From the human T2T-CHM13v2.0 reference genome, Homo sapiens, in the NCBI RefSeq assembly GCF_009914755.1, contig NC_060925.1: DNA of 64,000 bases; one strand, 5' to 3'. Of the stretch, positions 45,616-64,000 are shown in pieces. The position numbers were made by a program, and so were the translations under genes. The notes below the pieces were generated by a model. The model was not told the DNA's origin. It saw only the letters and a program-made list of their open reading frames with translations, and did not search any database. Position 1 is the first letter of the stretch. Every line of letters begins with the position of its first letter.

Positions 45616-45758
45616 TGTCTGAATTTTTTGCGTTTGTGTTTCTGTCCCTCTGAGTCATTGGTCTTCTTTTTGTTCCTGTTCCTATTTTTCACGTTGTGTG
45701 TTTCATAGTAGCGCACACCAACTTTTTTCGGCCGTTGCTGTCGTACTGCTCGCCTCCG
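45606..45758 (-). CDS. GNL2: GNL2 exon 16 coding part (153 nt), basic nucleolar-targeting tail
   Basis: tacag|CGG AGG CGA... RRRAVRQQRPKKVGVRYYETHNVKNRNRNKKK...KFRQKQ-TAA. Confidence 0.96.
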   Translation of the reverse strand, partial: RRRAVRQQRPKKVGVRYYETHNVKNRNRNKKKTNDSEGQKHKRKKFRQKQ

Positions 45759-46423
45759 CTGTAAAAAATGGCAAGAAAAGATGAAGAAAAAAAACAACAA
45801 AACCCTGAAAGTCATTCACAAAACAGGAGTCTCTGCTTCTCATCTCTGTGTTCTATTTCCCGTGCTGCTTCCACAGCTACTGGAAGCAGTGCTAATGAGG
45901 GAGGGCTCCCCCGTAGACCTAAGGTTACTCTTCCATTGTGACTTATGCAACTCCAAGTTACAAATCCACATGTGATCCAACCCTTAGCCAGTGCAAGAAT
46001 CTGTTCTGCATCACTCCTGACAAGTCCCCTGCAGCAAGGCTGAGTGCTGCTAACCACTCCCCTCCCCAGAGGGCCCACTCTAGCTCTGAACAGCTCAGCT
46101 CCAAAGCTGTCCTTCACAGAAGTCAGTGATCTGCCCAAAGCAGATCTGCTCATTGGGTCGTTTCCCTTGGGACTAGAAACTGACTCCTCTAGAGGATAGT
46201 CCACTCGTGTGGAGACGTTGATTAGAAACTCCTAAAACGTATGACATGGACTCAAGGACCTGCATCTAGTGGGCCAGACCCGACCCTATTTATCTGACCT
46301 CAACTAGGTCAACGAGGACTGGGGTTCTTGGGATTCAGCTCTGGACCATTTGTTTCAGTGGGTCTTGACAACTGGAGTTCTAGTTACTCTACTTGGGCCA
46401 TACTTAAAACCTATGACACTTAC

Positions 46424-46515
46424 TTCTTTTGATGTAAGCGCCCTGGGAGCTTTATTTGAATGTTCCTGTTCCTCTTCCCTTTGTGCCTTCCGCTTCTTTC
46501 CCTTTTTGGAAGGTG
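46424..46515 (-). CDS. GNL2: GNL2 exon 15 (92 nt), basic NLS-like segment
   Basis: ccag|CA CCT TCC... APSKKGKKRKAQREEEQEHSNKAPRALTSKE|GTAAGT. Confidence 0.94.
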
Positions 46516-47025
46516 CTGGATACAAACAATACACAAACAGGAATTTTCTATTGAAAATTTGTCTATAAACCCAACGGTGGGAACAAGCTTGATGTATCAG
46601 GAGGAGGACACCCAATGTGGACAGAGCAGGTGAGCACAGTGGTGAGTAAAGCAGGCCAAGGGGAGGCTGCCAGGTAAAAGGATGCCCTAAGCCATGCTCT
46701 CAGTGTGAAAGCTGATGGTCAAATGGAGGAATGGATAAATGCAGGAAACACACCCCCCTCTTTGTCTGTGGACCCACCCTTGGATTCTAGGTTAATAATG
46801 AACCCTTTCTAGGAAGTTTCCTGAATTGCCAATTTAATCCTAAAAAATGTGCAGAATGAAAAGCAGATAATTCAATTTGCATAACACTATGTAAATTTAA
46901 AGTAATCTGCCAGATATGACAAACATTTATGTGGATGACTGAGATAATTTGGAGACTGAACTTAGGTTTCTCAAAACTCTAAATATGCAAATTACATCTA
47001 AATGATTGAAATAATTTAACTTCAC

Positions 47026-47108
47026 CTCTGTCATCTACATCTTCTTCCAGTGTTTTTCTTTGTTCTTCAGGTTTTGCAAATATCTTTTCACTCAGTCCCT
47101 TGGATATT
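47026..47108 (-). CDS. GNL2: GNL2 exon 14 (83 nt)
   Basis: ttcag|A ATA TCC AAG... ISKGLSEKIFAKPEEQRKTLEEDVDDR G|GTGAAG; phases fit the neighbours. Confidence 0.92.
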
Positions 47109-47601
47109 CTGAAACAGAAAAGCAAAGTAACATTCCTCCTCTCACTCGCCCGAATCACATACTGACCTGGAGACCTGCGACAAACTCACAGACTAAAGAA
47201 ACCCCACTCCTATCCAAGTAGTTATCACCAGTGGAAGAAGTCAACATCCAACATGTTTGTACCTCCCTGGGTGTTTCTAAAGCTTCTCATACTGCAGGCA
47301 GCTGAATTTTACAAAATTTACAGTTCACTTTTTAAAAATGGCAATAACAGCCAAGTGTGGTGGTGCACACCTGTAGTCACAGCTACTTAGGAGGCTGAGA
47401 TGACAGCATTGCTTGAACCCAGGAGAGTGAGGCCAGTCTAGGCAACATAGCGAGACGCCGTCTCAAAAAACAAACAAACAAAAAACCCAACCGAACAAAC
47501 AAATGGCAATAACCCCATGTAAAAATATGGCTCTGGTACTCATGGCAAATTTTTGGGAAAGGAATGAAAATCTGCAATTTGTGAGAAGATGAAAATATTA
47601 C

Positions 47602-48053
47602 CTGACTGCTGAAAACTTTTTGGCTTTGGCTTTGTCTAGAAACTTCTGATATTTGGCAATCTTCTCATCCAGTGCTTTAATAACGGCTTTGGTGTCGTTT
47701 CCCACATTTTCCTCCTCAGGCTCCGAGGAAGACTCTTCCGCATCATCTCTTTGTTGCTCCTGTTCCTCCTCCTCTTCATCAGAAAAGCTCTCAAGCTCTT
47801 CCTCAAGATCTGACACCTCCACAGGAACCAGGTCATCCCCAGAAAACTGAGGCACCACGTTGATTTTACCAAAGTTCTGCCGAACTCGTGTGAGAATCTG
47901 CTGCATCTCTGTGTTAGCATCACAGTGACTGTTCTCTTCTGTTTCTTCCTTAATGATGGATTCTGACCCTTCACCTGCAGTTTCTGTGACTTCCTCCCCT
48001 GGATTGTTCTGGGCTGCTTCTGGGACAACTTCCAAAGATGAGGAGGGTAGAAG
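47602..48053 (-). CDS. GNL2: GNL2 exon 13 (452 nt), acidic region
   Basis: aatag|CTT CTA CCC... EEEEEQEQQRDD...KAKAKKFSAV AG|GTAAT. Confidence 0.95.
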
Positions 48054-48511
48054 CTATTAAGGGGTGGAAATGGGGGAAATAAATAGAATCAGAAAATGAA
48101 AAATGGAATTTCTGAACTCATATCTTGCTCTTAAACAGTCCTCTTCTCAGGACTAAGGGAAGGTATTGAAAACACCCAAATTTGAGTCATTTCATTAATG
48201 TATTTTTAAACCAATGTACATTAAGCCCAGAGATCAGTACTAGGATCAAAGGAATACATGTGTAGTTCCACAGGATGAACCAACTAAGACTATTTAAACC
48301 ATTAAAACCAACCAATGATTTATCATAGAAAAGCAAGGCTCCCTAGACCTTCCCTAGGGGGCTGCTGATATAAGCACATGCAAAATCAGCACACACAACT
48401 ACATAAAAATGAAGGCCAGGCTGGATGTTACAGATGAGAACAGTACTAAGAGAGGCATTTGAGGAGGTCCTCTGATTTAAATGTGTCCCCCAAAATTCAT
48501 ATGTTGGAAAC

Positions 48512-48867
48512 TGGTATGGTTTGGCTGTGTCCAAATCTCATCTTGATTTGTAGCTCCCATAATCCCCATGTGTTGTGGGAAGGACCGGGTGGGAGGTAAT
48601 TGAATTATGGGGGCAGGTCTTTCCCATGCCGCTCCTATGATGAATTAAGTCTCACGAGAGCTGATGGTTTTATAAAGGGCAGTTTCCCTGGACACACACT
48701 CTTGCCTGATGCCATGTAAGACATGCCTTTGTTCCTCCTTCACCTTCCGCCATGATTGTGAAACCTCCCCAGCCATGTGGAACTGTGAGTCCATTAAACC
48801 TCTTTTTCTTTATAAACTAACCAGTCTCATGTATTTCTTCATAGCAGTATGAAAATGGACTGATACA
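48512..48867 (+). mobile_element. THE1/MSTA MaLR solo LTR nested in an older MST LTR (about 48465-49503, which also carries an Alu)
   Basis: TGGTATGGTTTGGCTGTGTCC...AAATGGACTGATACA; 5-bp TSD GAAAC at 48507-48511 and 48868-48872. Confidence 0.85.
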
Positions 48868-49170
48868 GAAACTTAATCCCCAATGCAGCAAGTGTTGGTA
48901 GGTAAGGCCTAATAAGAGGTAATTAGATCATGAGGGCTCCATCCCCATGAATGGACTAATGGATCTCGGGGATGGGTTCGTTTTTAAGAGTGAGTCTGTT
49001 GGCCGGATGTGGTGGCTCACGTCTGTAATCCCAGCACTTTGGGAGGCCAAGGTGGGCAGATCACAAGGTCAGGAGTTCAAGACCAGCTTGGCCAACATGG
49101 TGAAACCCCATCTCTACTAAAAATACAAAAATTAGCTGGGCCTGGTGGCATATGCCTGTAGTCCCAGCTA

Positions 49171-49378
<208 letters not shown>

Positions 49379-49900
49379 TCAGATGCTGGTGCCTTGATAC
49401 TGGACTTCCCAGCCTCCAGAAACATGAGCCAAAACAATTTCTGTTCATTATAATTACCCAATCTGTAGTATTCTGTTGCATCATCACAAAACAGACTAAG
49501 ATAGGAGGCATCCTGAAGCAAGAGTATAAGGTAAGGAGGGGGAATTCTGTGATTGAAGAGAGTTCATTAGAGAACTAAGTCTGGGGACCCTGAAATGACT
49601 GGCCTGTTTTAGGTAACCGCAAAGATAAGTATGTGCCAAGCTTTCTACTGGTGTTTCACATGTATAATATCATTTTATCCTTGCAACAAAAACTCAGAGA
49701 ACTTAAAAGTGATGTTCTAAAGTCAAGAGTGGCCGGGCAAATCACTAAATAAGTACAGAACTATAAAATTCAGGAAACCACACACAAAATTTATACATAC
49801 ATTTTTCTAGGAAGGGCAATTTTTGGCTTTCAGTTTCTGAAGGGGTTTCTGCTCTTAACCAAAAAAGAAAAACAGAATCACAGAGTAAGGCATATGAGAG

Positions 49901-50501
49901 TGAAACTGCCTCCAAAGGGTTGACAAGAAGTATCTGCCAAGTTCTGGACAGAAATACAATTATAATTAAGCACTAATTAGGGGGCACTTTGGCCCATATC
50001 CTTGTTGCTAAAAGTTCCTGAACACTAGGTACTGACCATTTGCATCCCCACTGTCCCTATAGATAGGATTTCTGACATTTGGGTCATAAGACTATGTAAG
50101 AATTGATATGCACCCCCATTGTTCCTATAGGCAAGATCTCTGACATTAGAATCATAAGGTTTTTGTTTAAGGATTGCTTAAAATGTCTTTTCAGATCCCT
50201 AATTCCAGCAACCAGTTTGAAGATCCCCAGAGAAACGGGATCTGCATGAGAACACAGCTTCTTCATCTCCCTGTCCGTGACTTCACCCTGCACTCTTCAC
50301 CCAACCAATGACCCTCACTCCAGCCCACTCCAAAACCCTTAAAACCCTAACCCCAAACTCCTCGTGGAAATGATTTCAGGATTCCTCCCATCTCCTCCTT
50401 TGGTGACCCTACGGTTAAACTTCTTTCTCTGCTGCAACCTGGTGGTGTCTCAGCATATTGACTTGCTGTGTGCATTGGGCAACAAATCTATTATGGTTAC
50501 A
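49901..50501 (+). mobile_element. ERV1 solo LTR (family not assigned)
   Basis: TGAAACTGCC...GGTTACA termini; internal near-repeat CATCCCCACTGTCCCTATAG / CACCCCCATTGTTCCTATAG. Confidence 0.7.
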
Positions 50502-50983
50502 ATAGTTCTTAAGAATTATCTGAACTACTTATCTACACTTACTGACTACATACGGAGGAAGGGCTGAAGACAATGCCAGTGTTTCCACACAGGGTCCCAA
50601 GACAGCAGTGATACGGACATCCAGAATGACCCTAGAATCCAGCTGCTAACTCAAAACCTCCAATGGCTTCCCACCATGACACCCTCTCCTGGCCCACGAC
50701 ATTCCAGCCACAGTGACCTCCTTTCAGCATCAGGACACACAGAGCATACTCCTGCCCCAGCTGCTCTGGATGTGCTGTTCCCCTTGCCTGGAACATTCTC
50801 CCTAGATACTAGCATGGCTCCTGTCTCATATTAAGGGCTCTGCTGAAGTGCCACTGCCTCAGAGGCCTTCCCCGACCACCCCAAAGTACTCCTCATCTCC
50901 CCCAAACCCCTTAGCCTGGTTTAGTTTTCCTCACAGCACGCAAGACTTCCTGACATTATATGTTTATCTGCCTACTGTCTCCC

Positions 50984-51725
50984 TGTGATATAAATGTCAC
51001 ACTTCCTGGCACAGAGCTCCTAAGACCCTTGGAATTTCCCAAGCGATGGGTATCTTTTTTATTGATTACAAGCCCCTTTCCACCACACCTGAGTTTATGC
51101 TAATGTGGTGACTCATGGTAGACCCCTAGATAGCTTCAGGATGGGGGATGCGCTGGTCACCAGAAAGACAAAGCACTTGACCACATGGTTGGTGCTTTCA
51201 GCCACTCAGAGGAGAGAAGGGAGACCAGAAATTGAGTCTATCACCAACTGCCACAGATTTCATCAGTCATGTCTATGTAATGAAACCTCCATAAAAACCC
51301 CTACATGATGGGGTTTGGAAAGCTCTGGGTTGCTGAACACATCAATGTGTGGAGAGGGCATGGAAGCTCTGTGCCTCTCCCCCATACCTTACCCTGTGCA
51401 CCTCTTCCACTGGCTGTGACTGAGTTTCATCCTTTATCATAAACCGTTAATTGTAAACACAGCACTTTCCTGGGTTCTGGGAGTCCTTCTGGCAAATTAT
51501 CAAACCCCAGAACCCCTGAATTTGTAGTTAGCCGGGCGTAAGTGTGGATAGCCTGAAGCTGCCATCTGAAGCAGGGGACCTAGTCCTTAACTTGTGGGGT
51601 CTGTGCTAACTCCGGGAGTTAGTGTCACAACTGAATTAAATTGTTGGGACACTCAGCTGGTATCTGAGAACTGCAGAACTGATATGGAAAAAAATTATGT
51701 ATTTGGTGTCAGAAGAAACCACACA
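50984..51725 (+). mobile_element. MER21-family LTR inserted in an L2 remnant
   Basis: TGTGATATAA...CCTGGCACAGAGCTCCTAAGACCCTTGGAATTTCC...TTTGGTGTCAGAAG. Confidence 0.75.
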
Positions 51726-53093
51726 CTCCCCTGCTGGAATATATGTGCAGGAGAGCAGCAGCTTGTCAGTTTCTCACCACAGCACCACCAGTACCCAGAA
51801 GAGTCTGTGGCCAACAGGAGACACTCAATATGGGATTGCTGGGTGAATGTATCAGTGAATTAATGAATGAAAGATGCAATACACATGAAGAGGGAGAGAA
51901 ATTTTTGTTTGGTTGTTTGATGGTTTGGGCAGGGAGAAGGGAGAATGTCAATTAACATCAGTTTCAGGCTAACTTTCAAATGCTGCAGAATACATTCAAC
52001 TGAAAATACCTAGCTGCAACTGCAACTTGGAATGGGGTCAGGTGAGAGGAAACCAGCACTGTATGGACCCAACGACACTAGCAAGCATAGATGCACAATT
52101 TGAAGCCACCATTTCAAGAGACTTGGCTGGGTTCTGAAAAAGGTCCTAGAACCAGAAAGGCAAAACGTTAACGTTGAGCCTTGCGGCGGCCCACTGCCAG
52201 GGTGAGGGAAATGGGGATAGTAGGAGAGCTTCTGGCCCCAGCCTTCAGTCTTCTTTCTCCGACTATCAGTAGTACCACTCTCCTTTCCCACTGGATCACA
52301 GGTTTTTTGAGGGCCAGGGCTGTTTTTCGTTCCTATATTCCCTGTGCCTGGCACATAGTCGATGCTAATAAATGTTTGTTAAACAAATGTTATCTTAGCA
52401 ATGATTCTGTTTCGTAAGCATAAGAAAAGATACAGGTACCAGAAGATCACTTACATTTAATGAGCCCTCTTTTTCCAAGGCCCTAAAGGCTAGTATCTAA
52501 GTTTGGTCTTCTCTCATATGTCTACTTATTAGTCTCCAAATGCACCCCCTAGCAAGGCCATGGCACTGGCACTCTAGAATGAGAGAGGGTGGAGTGATCG
52601 CCATGGGCCAGCAGTGGCTCCCAACAGTGCTTCACCCTCAAAAAAATTTTTTTTTATTTTTTTGAGATGGAGTCTCCCTCTATTGCCCAGGCTAGAGTGC
52701 AGTGGCACGATCTCGGCTCACTGCAACTTGTCTCCTGGGTTCAAGCAATTCTCTTGCCTCAGCCTCCCGAGTAGCTGGGACTACAGGAGCGTGCCATCAT
52801 GCTAGGTTAATTTTTGTATTTTTAGTAGAGACAGGGTTTCACCATATTGGTCAGGCTGGTCTTGAACTCCTGACCTTGTGATCCACCTACCTCGGCCTCC
52901 CAAAGTGCTGGGATTACAGGCGTGAGCCACCCATGCCCGGCCCCAAAAATATTTTTATATATTTAAAAAAATAATAAAATGAGAGACACCGCAGCTGAAT
53001 GAATACACGCTCTATGAAGAGAGACAATCACAAGCTACACCAAATCTAGGTCAGGACCCATGCTCCCCAGAGGTGGGCCCACCCTGCTCTTAC

Positions 53094-53207
53094 CTGGGGG
53101 GCCACAAGTGGCTCTGCATTGGGTGGCTTGACAAAGAAAGGAATCCGGCCCCTCTGCCAGTCATTGAGGACCATCTTACCCACAGTCTGCAAGTCGGGCT
53201 CTCCACC
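53094..53207 (-). CDS. GNL2: GNL2 exon 12 (114 nt)
   Basis: ttcag|GGT GGA GAG... [38 protein letters not shown]|GTAAGA. Confidence 0.96.
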
Positions 53208-53415
53208 CTGAAAGGTCACAAAGAGATTCCCAATTAAATTCAAAGGACCAAAACCACCTACCACTTTGGGGGTATTTCAGTTGTCCCAGGGGTTCATCAT
53301 CACTTAAGTGACAAGTTTCACACTGCTCATACATGCATACCAAAAAAAGGCCCATATCATATACATACATGCTTGTGACAAGTATCAGTCTAAATTCTCA
53401 CAAACGCCGGGTCAC

Positions 53416-53574
53416 CTTTAGTAACTTCCCAGTCCGGAAAGCGAGCTTCTCAAGAAAGTCCTCAGCATTCTCCCAAGAATCAATCTTGTATGTTTTGCTG
53501 ATATATTCTGGCTTTGCTCGTTCAAGTACAGCACCAATGTGGTCTTCAGGACTCTTAATTTTTTCTACTTGAAC
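53416..53574 (-). CDS. GNL2: GNL2 exon 11 (159 nt)
   Basis: tttag|GTT CAA GTA... [24 protein letters not shown]...RTGKLLK|GTGACC. Confidence 0.95.
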
Positions 53575-54345
53575 CTAAATGTTAATAGGAAATCTCTCAC
53601 TTACAAACTTTGTTGTGGAAGCAGTGAAGTTCCCAGTGTCCTTTGCAGCACTATTTGAAAATAGACTTCAACATCACAAAGCTCGTGGAGATTGGCAGGA
53701 GCCTGTCTCTGACGGGGCTAGACATGGTCAGCTGCAAGGAGCACTGCTGAAAGCTGACCATAGCCACGGAGCCCAGAACTCAGCTTTAATCCCCACTCAC
53801 CACAAACTAACTGTGTGGCTGCCACAGTTTAAACTTGGAATGCTTCATGTTACTCACTTGCAGAAATGGTTAAAAGCCTGCCCATCCCAGGACACAAAAA
53901 TAATGGAATAGTTTAAGAAAGGAGAGGAGGAATGTGTACAGGATGTATAGCCAGAAGCATGGTCAAGGTTAAGTGGAACCATTTACAGTTTTTCAGTCGT
54001 ATTCAGAAACAAGTGAGGAAATGACTGGGTTCCAAAATGACTCAACCCATAAACCCACGAAGACGAATTATCGCTAAGCATAAACAGGCCCTGCTTCCCT
54101 TTGGATCCTGTGTGTAAACTACAAACTCTTTTGTGGGATGATATTGACCAGATATGCCCATGGTTCCACTAATTCCTCAAACAGCTTATGCTGAGAGGCT
54201 GCTGTTCAGCATCATGTTCCTAAAGTTTGGTCAGACAGGCTGACCCCAAACTGCCTTCTTAATAAGTAAAAAGGAAAGGTATCCAGGGTTCCCTATAGAA
54301 CACTCCCCCGCAAACACAAACAGCCTATCAGGGCCAAATACTCAC

Positions 54346-54450
54346 AACTCCTTTTAGCACAATGTCTGTCTCGGAGTCCTCAGAGGGGTAAACCACACCT
54401 GGACAGTCAATCAGGAATATCCGACGCATCAAAGTAATATACTGCCAGAC
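54346..54450 (-). CDS. GNL2: GNL2 exon 10 (105 nt), G3 (DCPG)
   Basis: ttcag|GTC TGG CAG... [35 protein letters not shown]|GTGAGT. Confidence 0.96.
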
Positions 54451-55178
54451 CTGAAGTCAGAAAAAAGTCAGAGATGTCCTGTATCAAACACTAAGAGTCT
54501 AATTTCACAAACCCCTGATGCTCATGTATGAAGCTGGAAAGGAGGAAGGGGTGAGTCAAAGAAAAGCAACGCGCTAAGTAATTAAGCTACTAACTCTCTC
54601 ATCTGTGCCGTGCACAAGATACTTCCACTAAGTGTAAACTATAGTTTCCATCAGCTAAGAGTCTAAAAACAACACAGAGACAGGATTTCCATCTCGTATT
54701 GTGCAATTATACCCGGTGAACCTTTCCTGAGTTTTAGAAGTACTCTTGAGAGCTTAGTACTGCTTGACCTCATTGCCTTTAAGCAAAACCATGCTGTTCC
54801 CCACTATGTGTTCTAGGATATGACCCCCAACTTTCAGAACCTACCTTAAGGTTGAGGCTTCTTAACCCAGGCATCAAATATTCTTGGGTTAGTTTTGTTT
54901 ATCAAAATAAAAGGCTGGAGTGATAATTTAAAACAGATCTAAATATGAATCACATTAACTAACACAGGCCAAAGCCACACGGGGGCATATAAAATACTCT
55001 CAGTCTTATCAAAGTGGGCAGAAACAACTCTGATACGTTCCAAACTATTATATGGTGAGCTAAACTCCTAGTGGTGGTCTGCATTCAAGAGAAGCAGAGA
55101 GAAATCAACAAGTCCTAAACAATCACTCTCTATGAAAAGAAAATATGCAAAAGTAAGGTCACCCTGCGCCCAACGTAC

Positions 55179-55307
55179 CTTTGTTTCACCTGCAATGGGA
55201 GCCACGTTGCAAACTTTCTTAGAACGCAATGTATTTATCACAGAGCTCTTGCCAACATTTGGATAGCCAATGAACCCAACACTGATCTGTTTCTTGTCAG
55301 TGTGCAA
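55179..55307 (-). CDS. GNL2: GNL2 exon 9 (129 nt), G1 P-loop and G2
   Basis: [27 protein letters not shown]...PIAGETK|GTACGT. Confidence 0.97.
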
Positions 55308-55580
55308 CTGTTCAAAGAGAGAATACACAGCACATACATGCAGTCATATATATCCCTTTGGACAAGTAGGTTGTATTACTTTGTTAATATCAAGAATACA
55401 GTGCAAAACTGTTGATACAACTTGATCTGAAGCCTAGATACACACCACCTACATAATCTGAGTAAGCTGGATACATATGCTTATTAATAAATCAGAGGTG
55501 AGTCATTTCCTCAGTCATGCAAGTGAAATTATCCTTGTATGTGTTAAGGTTAAAAGTATGTAGGTCAAGAAATAAAAGAA

Positions 55581-60880
<5,300 letters not shown>

Positions 60881-60972
60881 GTTGGCAACTTTCTGCTATG
60901 CCATGGCAAGACAGATTCTTATACCAACTCACAGCTACACAACTCCAGGAGAAACAGATCAGGGCTCAATAC

Positions 60973-61086
60973 CTTTCCAAACTGCCGCAGAAGCTGAATG
61001 AATGCTCCCTTGCCAAACGGGTTAGTAAGGCTTGCATGGAAAGCAAGTGTTGGATAATCCTGGGAGAGGACAGCAACCCACCGTTT
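60973..61086 (-). CDS. GNL2: GNL2 exon 8 (114 nt), G5 region
   Basis: ctag|AAA CGG TGG... [38 protein letters not shown]|GTATTG. Confidence 0.95.
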
Positions 61087-61527
61087 CTAGAAGGAGAGAT
61101 GAAAACATTTTGGTAAACTGCAGTACATTTATTTACATTATGTGGAAGAATCAGAGCTTGAATTACAGAACTGTTTCAAATATACTGTTGTCTAAGGAAA
61201 ATGTTAGCTATAATTCTTTGAAATGTTTTTTCCAAGTATAACAGTTAATGCTTTGTTCTTCTGTCTTATAAATACAAAACAATATTCCAAAAAATGTCTT
61301 CATTGTTACTAAATGCAATTAATGGAGCATAATGTGAAGCAGGCAGTGGCCTCAGAAGCCGTCTCCTGGTGCCTCTGCCCACTATCAATGAGCACACTTT
61401 CGTGTTTCCAATGAGAGCACTCCCATTACTACAATCTCAGCCGGACAACACTTTAGCCTAAAAGCCCTACAACTGACTTACTAACAGATGTCTTAATAGT
61501 CTATTCTGGTTTAGTAGTTGTACTTAC

Positions 61528-61686
61528 TGTTGCCCAGGTTGGAACAAGGTCACATTTGTTAAGTACAAAAATGAGGTGTTTCCAAGGTTTTTCCTTCTTC
61601 AGGTAAGTTTCAATGTGAGGGGAACGAGTACCCATTGGATCTCTAGCATCAAGAACTTGAACTACAACATCTGATGAATCTATCAC
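61528..61686 (-). CDS. GNL2: GNL2 exon 7 (159 nt), DAR and G4 (NKCD) motifs
   Basis: [17 protein letters not shown]...[14 protein letters not shown]|GTAAGT. Confidence 0.96.
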
Positions 61687-62616
61687 CTGAAAATTCAGAA
61701 AGGCAAAAATGGTTTGCTACAGTACAAATAAAAGAGGGATGACATTTAAGGGAGTCTGGGAAAAATAAAATAATAATATTTAGAGACAACTTCAAAACAG
61801 TCTCTGGGCAGAGTTCGTTGTGGCTAATCTCAAGGCCCAGTGATCAGAATTCAAAAGGTTTTTCATCCTGTGGCTTTTGAAACCTGCTGAATTTAAAACA
61901 GAAAAACTAGCTTAGATGAAACTCAACTTATTTCCTAACTACTATGGATTATTGAACTAAATCATTTACTTCTTAGACTTCTTTAAGTTTGTAATATTAT
62001 CTTTAAGTTTGTAATATTATAGGTTTTGTGTATTTCACAAAAAACTACAAAGTTTAGCTTGCCTTCACGGTACTAGTTTCCTATCATGTTACTATTTAAT
62101 TACGTGATTATACTTGAAAATTTTTCTTCTGAAGGTTATTATTAGTGCATGGACATAAACCTCTGCCGGTTAAAGATCACTGGATCAGAAATCAAGATAT
62201 ACAAAGCCTCCTTCACTAACAAGCTAGTCGAGCTAGGTACAGCATTAAACCTTTCTAGACAGGAGTCCTCATCGATAAAAGGAGAGGGGTGGACTAAATA
62301 ACTTAAAATGTTGCATGTGACTTTAACTAGGCATGATAAATTTGGCAGGAAATCTTAAAAAATACTGACAGGTAATAAATATGTGATTGTATAATAAAAG
62401 ATAGCTGTTACTCTTATACAAGTACTTTAAAAAATGCAGTTACCTAGATCAATGGTAGTACGCCTTCCGAGTTTCTTTGTAGGAGGAAGAGGATGGAACA
62501 GGCAGTGGTGCCTGTACTCTGCGCAACAGAGCTTCAATATATCAAAATTAGTTTTCTTCTACAAAATCATGAAAGCCCAAGGAACCACTCAATGGGAGAG
62601 AATTTAGGAGTCTTAC

Positions 62617-62683
62617 CTTGTAGAGCTCACCCCATATTCTTTTGGACTGTCCCTTTTTATAGATCTCTTCTTGAGCTTCATTT
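62617..62683 (-). CDS. GNL2: GNL2 exon 6 (67 nt); exons 1-5 lie beyond the window
   Basis: tttag|A AAT GAA... [22 protein letters not shown]|GTAAGA; Nog2-family motif; exon number from recalled 16-exon structure. Confidence 0.92.
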
Positions 62684-62819
62684 CTAAATAAGAAAGCACC
62701 GCAAATGAGCAACTGAAGCACCATCAAGACTAAAAGGATGCTTTAGGGTAAAGTCAATGTACCAAAAAAAACAGTATCAAACCCAGTTGGAGATGGACCA
62801 GAAACAAACTGAATTTAAA

Positions 62820-64000
<1,181 letters not shown>

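Noticed and set aside
51704-51715. Second TGGTGTCAGAAG PBS-like motif
   Set aside because: Only 12 nt, at the end of a MER21-type LTR, with no internal ERV sequence following

Overview
Human (or near-identical primate) genomic DNA, recognisable from the translated exons as the SNIP1-DNALI1-GNL2 locus (1p34.3 by recall). It holds the complete SNIP1 gene (- strand, 4 coding exons, 396 aa), the complete DNALI1 gene (+ strand, 6 coding exons, 258 aa, or 280 aa from an upstream ATG), and the last 11 exons of GNL2 (- strand, exons 6-16). Exon boundaries were read by hand at GT/AG sites, and the SNIP1 and DNALI1 exon lengths sum to intact frames. There are two processed retrocopies: a disabled FTH1 copy with a mutated IRE, and an RPS27 copy with an intact ORF. 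Repeats include a U6 fragment, a HERV-K(HML-2) solo LTR, a truncated ERV1 provirus, several other LTR and DNA transposons, and very dense Alus, which explain most of the listed short ORFs. I see no wholly new gene system. The best leads are regulatory: (1) one 9-bp element that may serve as the poly(A) signal for both convergent genes DNALI1 and GNL2; (2) inverted Alus bracketing four phase-0 GNL2 exons, predicting a 507-nt stop-free circRNA; (3) an intact RPS27 retrocopy with a weakened poly(A) signal between the SNIP1 and DNALI1 promoters; (4) an inverted Alu pair whose inclusion depends on poly(A) site choice in the SNIP1 3'UTR; (5) an RFX X-box plus forkhead module overlapping the DNALI1 upstream ATG. 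Repeat family names and comparisons with reference sequences are from memory, not from a search.
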